Origin: Lama guanicoe
Lineage: Eukaryota
Assembly (NCBI GenBank): GCA_013239625.1
Contig: MU053513.1
Span: forward strand, 3,150,927-3,214,926
Direction: 5' to 3'
DNA: 64,000 nucleotides
The notes beneath the pieces were generated by a model. It did no database searches and had not been told where the DNA came from. It saw only the letters and a program-made list of their open reading frames with translations. Below, one piece after another: positions 1 through 12,190 of this stretch; position 1 is the first letter of the stretch, and each line of letters starts with the position of its first letter. The position numbers and the translations under genes were made by a program.

Positions 1-1204
1 AGCTCCCTCTGTTCCTCCCTACCATTCTGACCTGTCTATAGGACAATCTTATGTCGAGGCCAGGGCTGGGGTTAAGAGCGTGGGTTTTGGAGTCAGAACT
101 GTGTTGGATTCTCTAGCCCTAGATTCACTAACTCTTTAACTTCAAGCACTTAATTTCCCTAAAGTCACATTTCCTCATTAACAATTCAAACTCACGGGAA
201 GATTGCAAAAGAGTCACAGGGCTGTTGAAGCTTTAAGTTACATACACATATGTGGTGCTCAGCTTGAGGTCTGGAGCTTGGTACTGCTGTATAAAGAGGT
301 GCCTCAAGGGCAGTCATATGGAACCACACTCCAAGTCAGGCCCAGGAAACAGCAGGCATTTAATGGGCAATGGGCCAGAAGTACCCCACTCATCCAAAAT
401 TACAGCTTAAGATTACAAGCACTAACTGTTCATCCATAACAGAAAGAACCTGAACGGTGCATTCAATGATCTAAGGGCTCAAAAGGTTGCTTCTAAACTT
501 AGGATTGCCAACACCTATAGTAATAGCTTTATTTGCCAGTAATATTTTACTTTATTAGTGCTTTCAAACAGATTGATGTATTTGCTTATCTAAATTTTAC
601 AGACGTTACGGAGGACATAGAAACTGGAGCCAGTACAAGACCCCAGCCCAGCTTCTTGACTTCAAGGAACACATATCTTAAACGTAACTGACTCTACTGA
701 TAGAAATTCTGGCTGTGTGATCATTAAGGCTACCATATTTTGAACAAGCACTTTCCAAATACAAAGGAAAATGACCAGAGTCAATCCAAGGACACTGAAC
801 ACTCCAAAAAGTCAACAAGACAGTAAGATATTCTACTCCTCAGCTCAATGGCCCCACTACATTTAGTCTTGCGCTTAAAATATCTTAAAAGTGTTCCATT
901 ATCCAAAATATTCCAAAGATGTTCTTTGGACAAGGTCAATTCCAAATTGCTTCAGCTACCTAATTTCCCATAAGCTCCAGGCAAACAGAACTACCCACCA
1001 TTCACTGCCAATGTCCTGATTCAGGTCTAGATCCTAAAAGTAACTAGAACAAAGAGGGTACGGCTGAGTACCTTGGAGGTGAAGAGGGAGACAGGAACAG
1101 GTCATACAGACCCATGGAGTCACGATGAAAAGATGATGATTCATTCCAAATGAAAGGGAATCCACTGACCAGCTAGGCAAGGGAATCAGGTCATCTTTAT
1201 GTAA

Positions 1205-2305
1205 GTTCTATTGAGATATAATAAACCGATCGTATTATATTAGTTTCAGGTGTACAACACAATGATTCTATAAATGTATATGATGCAAAATGATCACAAG
1301 TCTAGTTAACATACATCTCCACACAGTTACAATATTTCTCTTATGATGAAAACTTTTAAAATCTACTCTCTTAACAACTTGCAAATATACGATACTGTAT
1401 AATTAACTTCAGTCACCATGATGTAATCAGCCCTATATCTCACTTACTTTATAACTATAAGTTTGTACCTTTTGACCACCTTTTACTCATTTCTCCATCC
1501 TCTACCCTCTGCCTCTAGCAACCACCCATCTGTTCTCTGGATCTATGAGTTCAGTTTTGTTTTGTTTTTTGGATTCCACTTATAAGTAAGATCATATGCT
1601 ATTTGTCTTCTTCTGTCTGGCTTATTTCACTTAGCATGATGTCCTCAAGGTCCATCCATGCTGTTGAAAATGGCAGAATTTCTTTCTTTTTCTGGCTGAA
1701 TAATATTCACGTGTGTGTGTGTATACATATTCTTTATCCATTCATCTGTCAATGGACACTTAGCTTGTTCTCGTGTCTTGGCTATTGTGAATAATGCTGC
1801 AATGAAAATGGGGGTACATGTATCTTTTTGAGTAAGTATTTGCATTTTACATGGATAAATACCCAGAAATGGACTAGTGGATCATATGGTAGTTCTATTT
1901 GTAATTTTTTGAGGAACCTCCATACTGTTTTCCATGGTAACTGTACCAATTTACATTCCCACCAAGAGTCCACAAGGGTTCCCTTTTTCCACATCCTCAC
2001 CAACACTTGTTATTTCTTGTCTTTTTGATAACAGCCATTCTAACAGGTATGGGGTGATATCTTATTACTGCTTTGATTTGCATTTCCCTGATGATTAGTG
2101 ATGTTGAGCACCTTTTTATGTACCTGTTGGTCATCTATATGACTTCTTTGGAAAAATATCTATTCAGATACTCCACCCATTTTTTAATTGGATTGATTAT
2201 TTTTGTTTTTGTTCGTTTGTTTTACTATTGAGTTGCATGAGTTCTTTATATATTTTGGATACTAACCAATCAAGACACATGATTTGCAAATGTTTTCTCC
2301 TAGAC
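1205..2305 (-). mobile_element. LINE-1 3' fragment (L1MA/L1MB-like)
   Basis: Typical antisense L1 ORF2-end and 3'UTR sequence. Minus-strand ORFs 1782..2006 and 1645..1845 resemble the degraded ORF2 C-terminus ([42 protein letters not shown]). Confidence 0.9.
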
Positions 2306-3744
2306 CATGACTGGTTAGTCAAGAAAATGAGATGATCTTACACAAATTTTTAAAAGTTCCTTCTGGCTGCTGTGCCAAGAACTAATTCCAGAATGATGAG
2401 TGAAGAAGAGTAGATTGTGGTGGGAAGCCCAGGAGATGGACACAATATAGCCATTCTGATTGGTTAGCCTTACAACATTCTTGCTTATCCATCAAGATTC
2501 TGTTCAAGTATCTGCTCATCTTAGGGCTGAATTGAGTTAAGCAGGTTAAACAAAATGTCTGCTGAAGTGTAAACTAGTTTAAAAGTTCTTCAGATCAAAA
2601 GAAAAATGCTTTTGGAATTCTCTGATATTTTTATATTCAGTTTAACTCTGATCAAGATTATTTTCATAAACTCCTTTAAAGTGTAGTTATGTTTAGTTCA
2701 TTTTAATAGTCCTATATGATTCTCTCCTCTCCAGAGGTAGGATAGCAGAGGGTTCAGATTCAAAGCAGGGCATTTTGAGTCAGACAGATCTGGATTGAAT
2801 TCCCTTACTCCACTACTTACTTGGGAGATTTACTCAACTTCCCTGAGCCTGTTCCTCCATCTGTAAAACGGGAATAACTTCTCCTCAAACAGATGAAATA
2901 AAGTTTTACCCACATAATGTAAGATGATTAGCAGAGTGCTTGTCACATAGCAGGTTCTCAGTAAACAATAAATGCTGCAAGGACAATATTATTGTCCTTC
3001 CAAGGCAGGGGTGGAAGACAGTTGCTATATAATGACTGGTAGGGCAGAACTACCTAGCATTCTCCTTAAAAGCAATACTGTGAACTGAACGTGAGTTAGC
3101 TCTACCACACAGAGCCTAAAGTCTGCAATGTATCATCTAAAGAGCCAAAGAGATAATGTCTAAATGCATGATTTCTTCCTTAAACAGAAAGTTCATCAGC
3201 CTGAACAACCAATAACTTATTTGTATAAATGCTTAATTTCATTTTATTATTGGCTCATCCTTATTTGATAGATAGAACATCAAGTTCAGCTGTAAACAGG
3301 GACACTTACATCTTCAGCACATTTTAATTTCCAGCATTCTATCTGAAATTCTGCCTATGCAATCATTGTAGCAAAATCATAATTGGGACAAGTAATTTCC
3401 AAATATAAAAGACAATGATCAGAGTCAATCCAAGGACTCCAAGTACTCTTAAAAAAACAATAACACAATAGAATATTCTTCTCTCTGACCTAATGTCTCT
3501 ACTATATTTAATAATCTGTTTAAATCCTATTAGTGTTTCCCCATTTCTAAAGGATAAAATCCAATGCTATTTGGTAGGACCTATATGATCCTTTATGATC
3601 TGATTCCAACTATGTCATCTCCTCCAGCTCCCAAAAACCAGTTCAGCAACAGCCATCCACAGCTTTTCACTGTTCCCCAAAATAATCTGTTCCCTCATGC
3701 CACAATATCTTTGCACCTACTATTTCTTTTTGTTTGAAATTAAT

Positions 3745-4370
3745 TCATTAAATAATTTGTTTGTTGACTATACTATACAATGATAGGTACACAGTGATAA
3801 ACAAACAAAAACATGATTTCTGCACTTTCAGTCTTTTGACTGACAAGTAAACAAATATACACATAATCACACATTAAGAAAGTGTTATGTGCATAATAAA
3901 CAGAGAAGCATAATAGGGAATATCAGGAAGAGTTATATTTCATTGGCATAATCAGCAAAGACCTCTCTGAGGCAGTAAACTTGAATTTGGGACATGAAGG
4001 GTAGGAAGAAATAGCCTCACAAAGAACCTGGGGGCAAAGTAGAGCAGGTAAGGCAACAGCAGCTCAAAGGCTCTAAAGCAGGAAGGAACCTGGCATGGCC
4101 CAAGAACTGGATGGAATGAAAATGAGCAGGGGACCAAGATGCAGAAGATGACTTCTCAAGAATAAGTAGAAGCAAGATCATGAGCATTGGGAGCCTTGAA
4201 AAATTTAGACTTCATCCAAACTGAAATGGAAAGCCACCAAAAGGTTTAGACAAGAAGCTGAAATGGTCTGATTTACTTTTTAAAGGATCACTTTGGCCTT
4301 CCAATGGAGTTATCCAGGGGGACAAGTGGAGAAGGGGAGAGCAGGGAGATCAGTCAAGAGGAAAACTGCC
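3745..4370. mobile_element. L2 LINE fragment
   Basis: Degraded L2-like text (attcattaaataatttg...; gatttactttttaaaggatcactttggc). Confidence 0.65.
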
Positions 4371-6384
4371 TGGCCTTCCCCACCAAGTCAGAATGACAGG
4401 CTCGTACTCAAATGCTAATTTCCCTTCCACAGAGAAATTAATTCCACCAAGTTCAACTTGACCTAAGTGGATCTTCTAAATGTATCTGATCTGAAATTCT
4501 TCAAAGGTATTAAAAAGGAAAAAACTCAAAAGAACTCATGTTTTAATTCAGTTTACCTTAAGTCAAAAATCAAGCGATTTTTCTTCTAATCTCCACAAAC
4601 TCCTTTGAAGTGGGTTGATTTGATATTGAAATGGATTTCAATAGTCCTAAGGGATTCTCTGCACTTGGAGGTAAAACACCAAAGTAGGGGGAGGGTTTGT
4701 GGCCTTGTGCATGGCCATTACATATACAGACACCAAAGCTAAACTGCCGGGTTCAAATCTAACCTCTGCCAAAAAGAGTTTGGTAATCTTAACTACTCTG
4801 TGCCCTGGTTTCCTTATCTGCAAAATATGGACTAAACGAGTTAAAAATTTAAAGTACTGAAAATAGTGTGCCTGGTCCTTATTGCATATAGTACGTTGGC
4901 TAAAAACAATAATTATAAAATAAAATGGTCACACAAATTTTCTACTCACTAGCCACGGGATCTTGGACAAAGAATTAGAGTTTTCTGCAAGCCTCAGCAC
5001 TTCCTCCCAGGTAAAACAGATACAGTAACAATACTATTTTTCTAATAGGATTGTTGAATATTAAAGGAAATCATGTATATGCCTGAAATACAGTATCTAC
5101 CATAAAGTACCCAGAAAATGCTTACTGGTATCATTTTATCATCAAAGCTATTATATTATTGTGGGCAAGTTATAAATAGATTTGTCCACGTATGACTATA
5201 GAAATATTTTCTTTGGCCTAACTCCTGGATTCAAATACTGCCTTCTCCTTTAATAGCTGTATGACCTTGAAGAGGTTACTTAGTCTCTCTAAGAAACCTC
5301 TCTAAGCTGCAATTTCCTTACTTATATGGGAATTTATAATAGTACCTATTTTAAGAGCTTGTAAGGATTAAATGAGATAATACAAAACTGTAAAGCCCCA
5401 ACACAGTAGCTATAATCACTCAGTAAATGTAAGCTATCATTACAATTACTATTATTATTTATACAGACCCAAATTTCCCTTAGAAAAGAATTAAATCTTC
5501 AGCTTCTTTTTTATCTGCATTCTCTTTACCCCTCCTCTCACCCACGATACTTGGATTCTCTTTAAATGCTTGCTAATAAACGTTCTCTTCACAAGTTCTA
5601 TTTCCTAAGATAAGGGGGGGCGGGGGAGGGAGTGGTTAAGGTCAAACACAGACCCCTTTAACCTATACAAACCTGGAAAAATATACAGTGAATTTCAATT
5701 GTTCCAAAAACAGAAGTCTAAAGTGAAATTTCTTTACCAATACAGAAGTCTAAAGTGGTATTTCTTTAAGTAAGATTTTAATACTAAAGGTCCCATATGG
5801 GTGACAGAAAAACTAACTCTAATTCATCAACAATTTAGAAGTCTCATTCTGGCTCAGCTCAAGCCATCAACCAGGCTGCCAGGGTTAAGCAGCGTGGCTG
5901 AATTAAGTAAACATTGAACCAGCCAAGGAACAAATAATTGACATAAACCAAGGTAGGGGTGAGATTCTCTTACTCCCAACGTTAAGAATGTAAGGAAAAA
6001 TAAATAAGGAAACAGGCACAAGGTGGCACTGGTGCAGGTACATGCTGCGGCGAATGAATTTTCTCCCAGAGATGGGGAGAAAGAAAGGACCACAAGGCTG
6101 AGAAGGTCAACAATGAAAGAGCAAACGCGAGTAGTAGTAAAGGCAGCCTCTAGGCCACGGCCGACGCGTGAGGGACGACCTCCCTGGGCTGTCGTGAACC
6201 GCCACACCACTAATTTTATACATAAACCAGGAGAAGAAAAGACTCACATTTCCCAGAGGAAAATTCCTAATGGAATGGCTTATATCCTGGGACTCTGCAA
6301 ACGCGTGCTCTACCTGCTGGGCAGCAGAGCCGTGCAACAGGGCTGGGATTACGGTTCTGTGCACATACGGCCAGCGGCCGTGGG

Positions 6385-6780
6385 TTAGGCCGTCCCCGGT
6401 TCGGCTGTCTGCGGGTTCCGCTGATCGTGGGTTCCGCAGTTTGTGGGTTCCGCTGGCCGCGGATCAAAAAGTTTAAAATAATAATAATAAAAAATAAAAT
6501 CCAGAAAGTTTCCCAAAGCAGAACTTGAATTTGCCACATGCTGGCAACTATTTACTTTGTATTTACAACTATCTACATAAAATGTACATTGTATTAGTTA
6601 TAAGTAATCTAGAGGTGTTTTAAAGTATATGGAAGGCCGTGCAGAGGTTATATGCAAATTCTACGCCGTTCTATGAAAGGAACTCGAGCATCCTCAGATT
6701 TTGGCATTGATCGGCAGGGGTAGTGGAACCAGTCCCCAGTGTGTATGTGGATACCTGGATACCAAAGGATCACCGGACTA
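6385..6780 (-). mobile_element. MER2B-like TcMar-Tigger non-autonomous DNA transposon
   Basis: Resembles recalled MER2/MER2B (agaacttgaatttgcc; ataagtaatctagag; ggttatatgcaaat; gagcatcc..gattttgg; ggaaccagtcccc...ggatacc). Confidence 0.75.
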
Positions 6781-6803
6781 GCTAATGATCTCTTCAACAC
6801 CTG

Positions 6804-7269
6804 CATTTGTACTCTGCCATAAAAAAGAATAAAATAATGCCTTTGCAGCAACATGGATGGGCCTAGCGATCGTCATTCAAAGTAAATTAAGCCAGAAAGA
6901 GAAAGAAAAATACCATATGATATCACTCATATCTGGAAGCTTAAAAAAAAAAAAGACACTATGAACTCATCTACAAAACAGAAACAGACTTGCAGATATA
7001 GTACAAAATCTTATGATTACCAGGGAAAGGGGGTGAGAATGGATAAATTTGGGAGTTTGAGATTTACAAATGTTAGCCACTGTATATAAAAATAGGTTAA
7101 AAAAAGTTTCTTTTGTATAGCACAGGGAACTGTGTTCAACATCTTGTAATAACCTTTAATGAAAAAAAAACATGAAAACCCATGTATGTACGTATATGTA
7201 TGACTGTACACCAGAAATTGACACATTGTAATTGTACTTCAATTTTAAAAAAATAAAAATAAAAAAACA
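6804..7269 (+). mobile_element. Artiodactyl/camelid L1 3' end with A-rich tail
   Basis: L1 3'UTR motifs (tttgcagcaacatggatg; gtatagcacagggaact; tgtacaccagaaattgacac) and an A-rich tail. Candidate TSD CAACACCTG at 6795-6803 and 7270-7278. Confidence 0.85.
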
Positions 7270-8119
7270 CAACACCTGTGCTGGGGAAGGGCTGGGAGGC
7301 CAAAGATGAAGGTGGGAAATCAGAAAAGGGCTCCACAATAAAGGCACAGATATAGAGTCAGGAGAAAGCAAAAGGGAAAGCTTTAGAGATTTATTTTCTT
7401 TTTTATGCCGATATGAGCCTATACACAGATTAGATCAGCAGTTTCCAATACTTTTTGTTACTTATTAAAATCCTAAATAAGGCTATGAATCATCAACATG
7501 AAAAAAAAAAGCTATCATCTTTCACCAGGCATCATTCTCCCCATCCCTAATCCTTAAATAATGACTTTTCAAATATGAGACTAAGTCAATAATTAAGACA
7601 GTGAACTCTAGCACTAACGCATTAACTTCCATGACCAAGGACAGTGTAATCTGACTACAGAAGCTGTTTCTTGCACCCCCAGATCTCCTTGTTTGCCTGC
7701 AGAGAAATGGGGGCGGGGTGGGGTGGAGGACAGAGTGAGAAAGGGGTTAACATACAGTCAGCAGGAACTAAATTCTCGGTTTATAAATCATCATAAACTG
7801 ATTCTGAAACTGATTTGAAAGAAACAGAGTTACCAGAAACACAGGAGGGATGCCACCAGTGACAAGTTCATTTCAGACCCAACCCCTTGCTGTCAGGCAG
7901 GAAGGCACGTGCATTTCAACACTCTTAGTGGCCTGAGCCCCAGGGCATCAGAAAGCCTGAGAACAATGGAAGCAGAAACCAAATGATTACAATGCCTAAA
8001 AAGCTAATTAGAATGTACTTGACTTAAATCTCTAAATTGACTTAAATTTCGAGCCAGTTTTTGTTGGGTATACTTGGGTTTGGAGCCTTCCATAACTGAG
8101 CAGCTATTCAGCAAGATGT

Positions 8120-8320
8120 AGTACTGCAGGGCTATTTGATGTGTGGTTGGACCACAGATAGGCATCACCAGCATCACCCGGGGACTTGTCAGAAATGCAA
8201 ATTCTTGGACCCCAGCCCAGACCTACAGAATCATAAACCCTGAGGGTGGGGTTTAGCAATCTCTGGTGAAACAAGCCCTTCAGGGGGTTCTGATGCAGTC
8301 CAAGTTGAGCAGCACTGTGG
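8120..8320. mobile_element. MER5A-like hAT-Charlie element
   Basis: agcatcacccggggacttgtcagaaatgcaaattcttggaccccagcccagacctacagaatca...aacaagccct. Confidence 0.8.
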
Positions 8321-8559
8321 TCAGCTTATCTGTGAGAAGCAACAGACTTAGGGACCAGGATTTGGAGTCTGAATTCCAGGCCCACTATGTGGCTTTGGGG
8401 AGTTCTTTATCCTCTCCAGGCTTCAGTCTTCTCTTCCACATAGAGTGCTTGGCTCCATACTCACTAAATATCTCTGACATACATGGTGTACAGCCCCAGG
8501 TGTGAGTACCCCCACCACCCCCGACCCTGGCTCTTATAGTCTGTACTAAGAACTCAACA

Positions 8560-8900
8560 GTCCAGCATAAGCGGTGACACACTTTATCTGTAAAGAGACA
8601 GTAAATATTTCAGCCTTTGCAGGCCAAACAGTCTACATGATAACCTCTAACTCTGCCACTACAGCATGAAAGCACACAAAGACATTAAGAAATGAACAAG
8701 AATGGCTATATTCCAGTAAAACTTTATTTAGGGACACTTATATTGGAATTTCATTTTCACATCATGAAATCTTTTGGTTTTTTTTTTGTTTGTTTGTTTC
8801 CATGATGTTAAAAGGCAAAAACCAATCTCACTTGAGGGCTATTACATAAACAGACGGCCAGCAGGATTTGGCCCAAGGGCTGTTAGTTTTCGGACCATGG
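8560..8900. mobile_element. MER58B-like hAT-Charlie element
   Basis: tctgtaaag..agtaaatattt..gcctttgcaggcca; ttccagtaaaactttattta; ggatttggcccaagggctgttagttt. Confidence 0.75.
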
Positions 8901-9825
8901 TCAGGAATTTTCTGACATTAGCAAAGTTGTTAAGCTATATGAACCAGTTTCCTTATCTGTCAGATGAAAGTAATCATGCCCATCCTGCAATCTTGTCGTG
9001 AGATAACAAATATATGTAAAATATCTGGCAGCCTGCCTGCCAGAGAGAAGGCCCTCAGCAAATGGCACCTGCTGTCATAATTATAATGAAATGTTCATCT
9101 CATGAAAAAATGCTAACACTCTATGATTCAGGAAAACTAGGTGTAGCAGGACAGAGCTGCAACGTAGAAGTGCAGGCAAGCAAAGCAGAGCTGCAGGTTT
9201 ACAAACTGATTTGCTCTAAGCACCACTGGGCATACGTCTATTGGCATACTGTTGAATTTAGAGACACAAATAAACAGTGAAGAAATAAGAAAACTGCACA
9301 AAGGAACTTCAATCACCTTACTCTCTCAACTTAAAAAAGACATGTGGTTTTTTCTGGATGTCTAAATTGCTGCCATATGTGTTCCGCTCTCTTAGAGCAA
9401 AGGAACTTTACAAATAAAAGTGTATAAAGTCTGTCTCTGACCTCAAGGCCTCCAGGAGTTCACACTACCACACTGAGACCAAAGCAGCACTCCTCTGGGA
9501 GAAGTCACAGCTGCTCAACATCTGGAGGGGGTGCCAATTGGGCTCAATATGGATATGGAAAAGCTTAGGACTCCATTTCAGATGCAATATCAAGGGCTCA
9601 TCAAAGGTTCAGATCTGTGTCCCTGGGTCTGGCACTCATTACTTACTCTTCATTTGCTTTTTTTTTTGGTCATCAAAAGTCTGACCAAAAGAGGTGTTCT
9701 CCCCTTCAGATCCCTAACCAGTAAGTAATCCTTTCCCCCTGCCTCTAACAGTTATTGTCTGTAAGTTTAGCAGTCTCTAAGAGGCCTATAAGTTTAGTAT
9801 GGTGTTAAGGATGAATACCTGAATG

Positions 9826-10331
9826 AACACACTGTCCAATACAGTAACCACTATCCACAGTTGGCTGTTGAGCACTTGAAACATGGCTGGTGTGACTGAT
9901 GAACCACATTTATTTCATTTTATTTTACTTAAATTACATCTTAAAACTGATACTCCGTGCAACTCTTGGAAAACCCATAAGCATCTTTGGAGCAATTTGC
10001 AAATGTGAATCTACTTTTTCAACTCTACATGTTGTAAAGTCTAAACACAGATCAAGTATTTGTGATGAAAATTTAGCATCCAAATTGAGATATACTAAGG
10101 GCAAAATATACACAGAAATTTGAAGACTTATGAAAAAAGAATATAAAGAGTTCATTAATAATTTGATATTGGTTACATATTGAAAAGGAAACGTTTTTGA
10201 TATATTGGGTTAAATCAAATGTATTATTAAATTCTGCCTGTTTCTTTTTGCTTTCTTTTTTTTTTAAGTGGCTCTTAGAAAATGTAAAATTGCCTAAGTG
10301 GTCCACATTATATTTCTACTGGACAGCACTG
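9826..10331 (+). mobile_element. Charlie1-like hAT DNA transposon remnant
   Basis: Inverted termini (cactgtccaata ... tactggacagcactg). ORF 9899..10123 contains FGAICKCESTFSTLHVVKSKHRSSICDENL, which resembles the hAT C-terminal dimerisation domain. Confidence 0.8.
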
Positions 10332-12034
10332 CTACAGAGCATTGAATAAAGGTATTGTCATCATTACTCAGATTCATCACAAAGCTGGACATGGACTCAG
10401 AGCCAGTGTAGTTCAGACCTCTGCAAACTACAGTCCTCTTCCTGCCCACACCCTACAAAACAGCCCTTCCTTCCTGGTTACCACTTTCCCTGGTTGATAA
10501 GGCAAACCCTTCACAGAGAGAGATTTTCACTGCTCTTTCTTTAGAATCAAGCACACTGGTGGGGCCAACAACACCAGGACTTGAAGCCCTGCTCTCTGCA
10601 GGTGTGTAATCCCACTTGTTCCAATGAGGGGAATCATCCCAGGACAGTCATCTTGCTCATTCCAATCCTTAAAACCTAAGATGAGCTCCATACGCACACT
10701 TTAATCCCACAGTCTGACTCATTCCCAGTGCAGAACATACACATTTTACTTCCAGCTCCCTTGAGATCGTGACCTTCTCCAAGCAAGATGGAAACAGGGC
10801 TTTCATAACTGACCAAAGAACTTTTTCTTTTGTGTCTGGTAAATGCACCCCTAATAACTTTCCTAGGAAATGAAAGAGCCTTTGAAATTAGAGAGAAGCC
10901 TCTTCCAGAAAAGGATTTTACATGCAAGAGTTTTCAGACCTGAATAAATAAATATTAAGATATGATTGAATGGATGTGGGTGCACATTTTGATTTATATC
11001 TACTATGTCCATGCAGAGACACACATTTTTTTGACACAAACATTACAATGACTTAAGTACAAGAACCTGTCTTTTCCTGGCCCCTGAACAATCTCTTTAG
11101 GAGTTAACTTTCCCCCACTTTCCCAAGACCCAGATGTTGTGAGCCCCCACCCCTCTGCATCACACAGGAAATGAGAGCAAAGCCTGGACACATGGGGTGA
11201 GGGCAAAAGGCTCTCTGACAATGTTATCTACCCTGAGGCTGCTGTTTCTTGAAGTCTCTGGATACCTTAGGCCAAGATCTCTGATTTAGTGACTTTAAAT
11301 CAATTTAAAATCAGAACCAGAGCTTACTCTCAGTTCCTGAGTTGAGCAATAAAGAACACAATAGTGAAAGAACGGATATTCTCTTCACCTCATTTGAGCC
11401 ATTTTCTTCAACTACCTTCTTGCTGACAAACCTTGACAAAGCTGCTAACAAGGAAGGGAATTAACCAATTTGGGGTTTAGCTCCTCTCCCTTTCCAGGCT
11501 CTGGTGGAAGTGCTAATTGGCAGTAAAATGCGTAAAAGGTGTACATTAGAACGGCCAGGGACTAACAGAATCTGGATAATCCATAAACTGAATAATGAGC
11601 CTTTTAATAACCGAGAGCTAACTGCAGCTTTCTGTAATGGGATGCTGGTAGCGCTTGTAAATCTACTCTCTCCAATTAGAAAAATGCCTTCCTCCACCTT
11701 TCCCTGAATCCAAGAAACAGTGAACTCATCCAATTCCCAGCCCTCAGGCAGAAGCCTGTGTGAAATTCTCACAAACAGATAAAAAGTTTCCTCCTGGGGA
11801 GGAGCTATGATAACTTTCCACAGTCATCGGCTGGAAAGCTTAATGGACTTCCTCTGCTCTCCTCAAATCTATACCCTTCTTTCTCCCACCAGTCCCCAAG
11901 CTAGGTTTCCTTGATTCAAGCTGTTATCTAATTGTTAATAACACCGATAACAGTTTTGCCATGTGCATACAGTGCATTCTGCTTTGCAAAGTGCATTCAT
12001 GAGCTTTATCTCCTTTGGATTCCAGCACCACCCT

Positions 12035-12190
12035 GGGGGTGATCCTGGTTGGGCAGCCTGAAGCTTCTATAATTTATGTGGGGCTCTTTAAGAAAATGAA
12101 TATAAAATTATAAACACAGAAATGCCAGAGTCTCTTCCCAGAGCCTTGGAGGGGCCCTGAAGTTTGGCTTAAGGGTAAATCCAACACTGT
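12035..12190. mobile_element. MER96-like hAT element
   Basis: gcctgaagcttctataatt..ggggctctttaagaaaatgaatataaaatta..ccagagccttggaggggccc..ggtaaatcc. Confidence 0.6.

Noticed and set aside
1603..2028. Several 60-75 aa ORFs
   Set aside because: Frameshifted L1 ORF2 remnants and their antisense frames.
6382..6453. Repeat-spacer pattern superficially like a CRISPR array
   Set aside because: Only a 9-bp core with 7-bp spacers in mammalian DNA, with no cas genes. It derives from a MER2-like terminus.
5854..6539. Cluster of overlapping ORFs (up to 121 aa) in the CpG-rich patch
   Set aside because: No recognisable protein similarity, ORFs on both strands are expected from GC-richness, and there is no retrogene poly-A or TSD signature.
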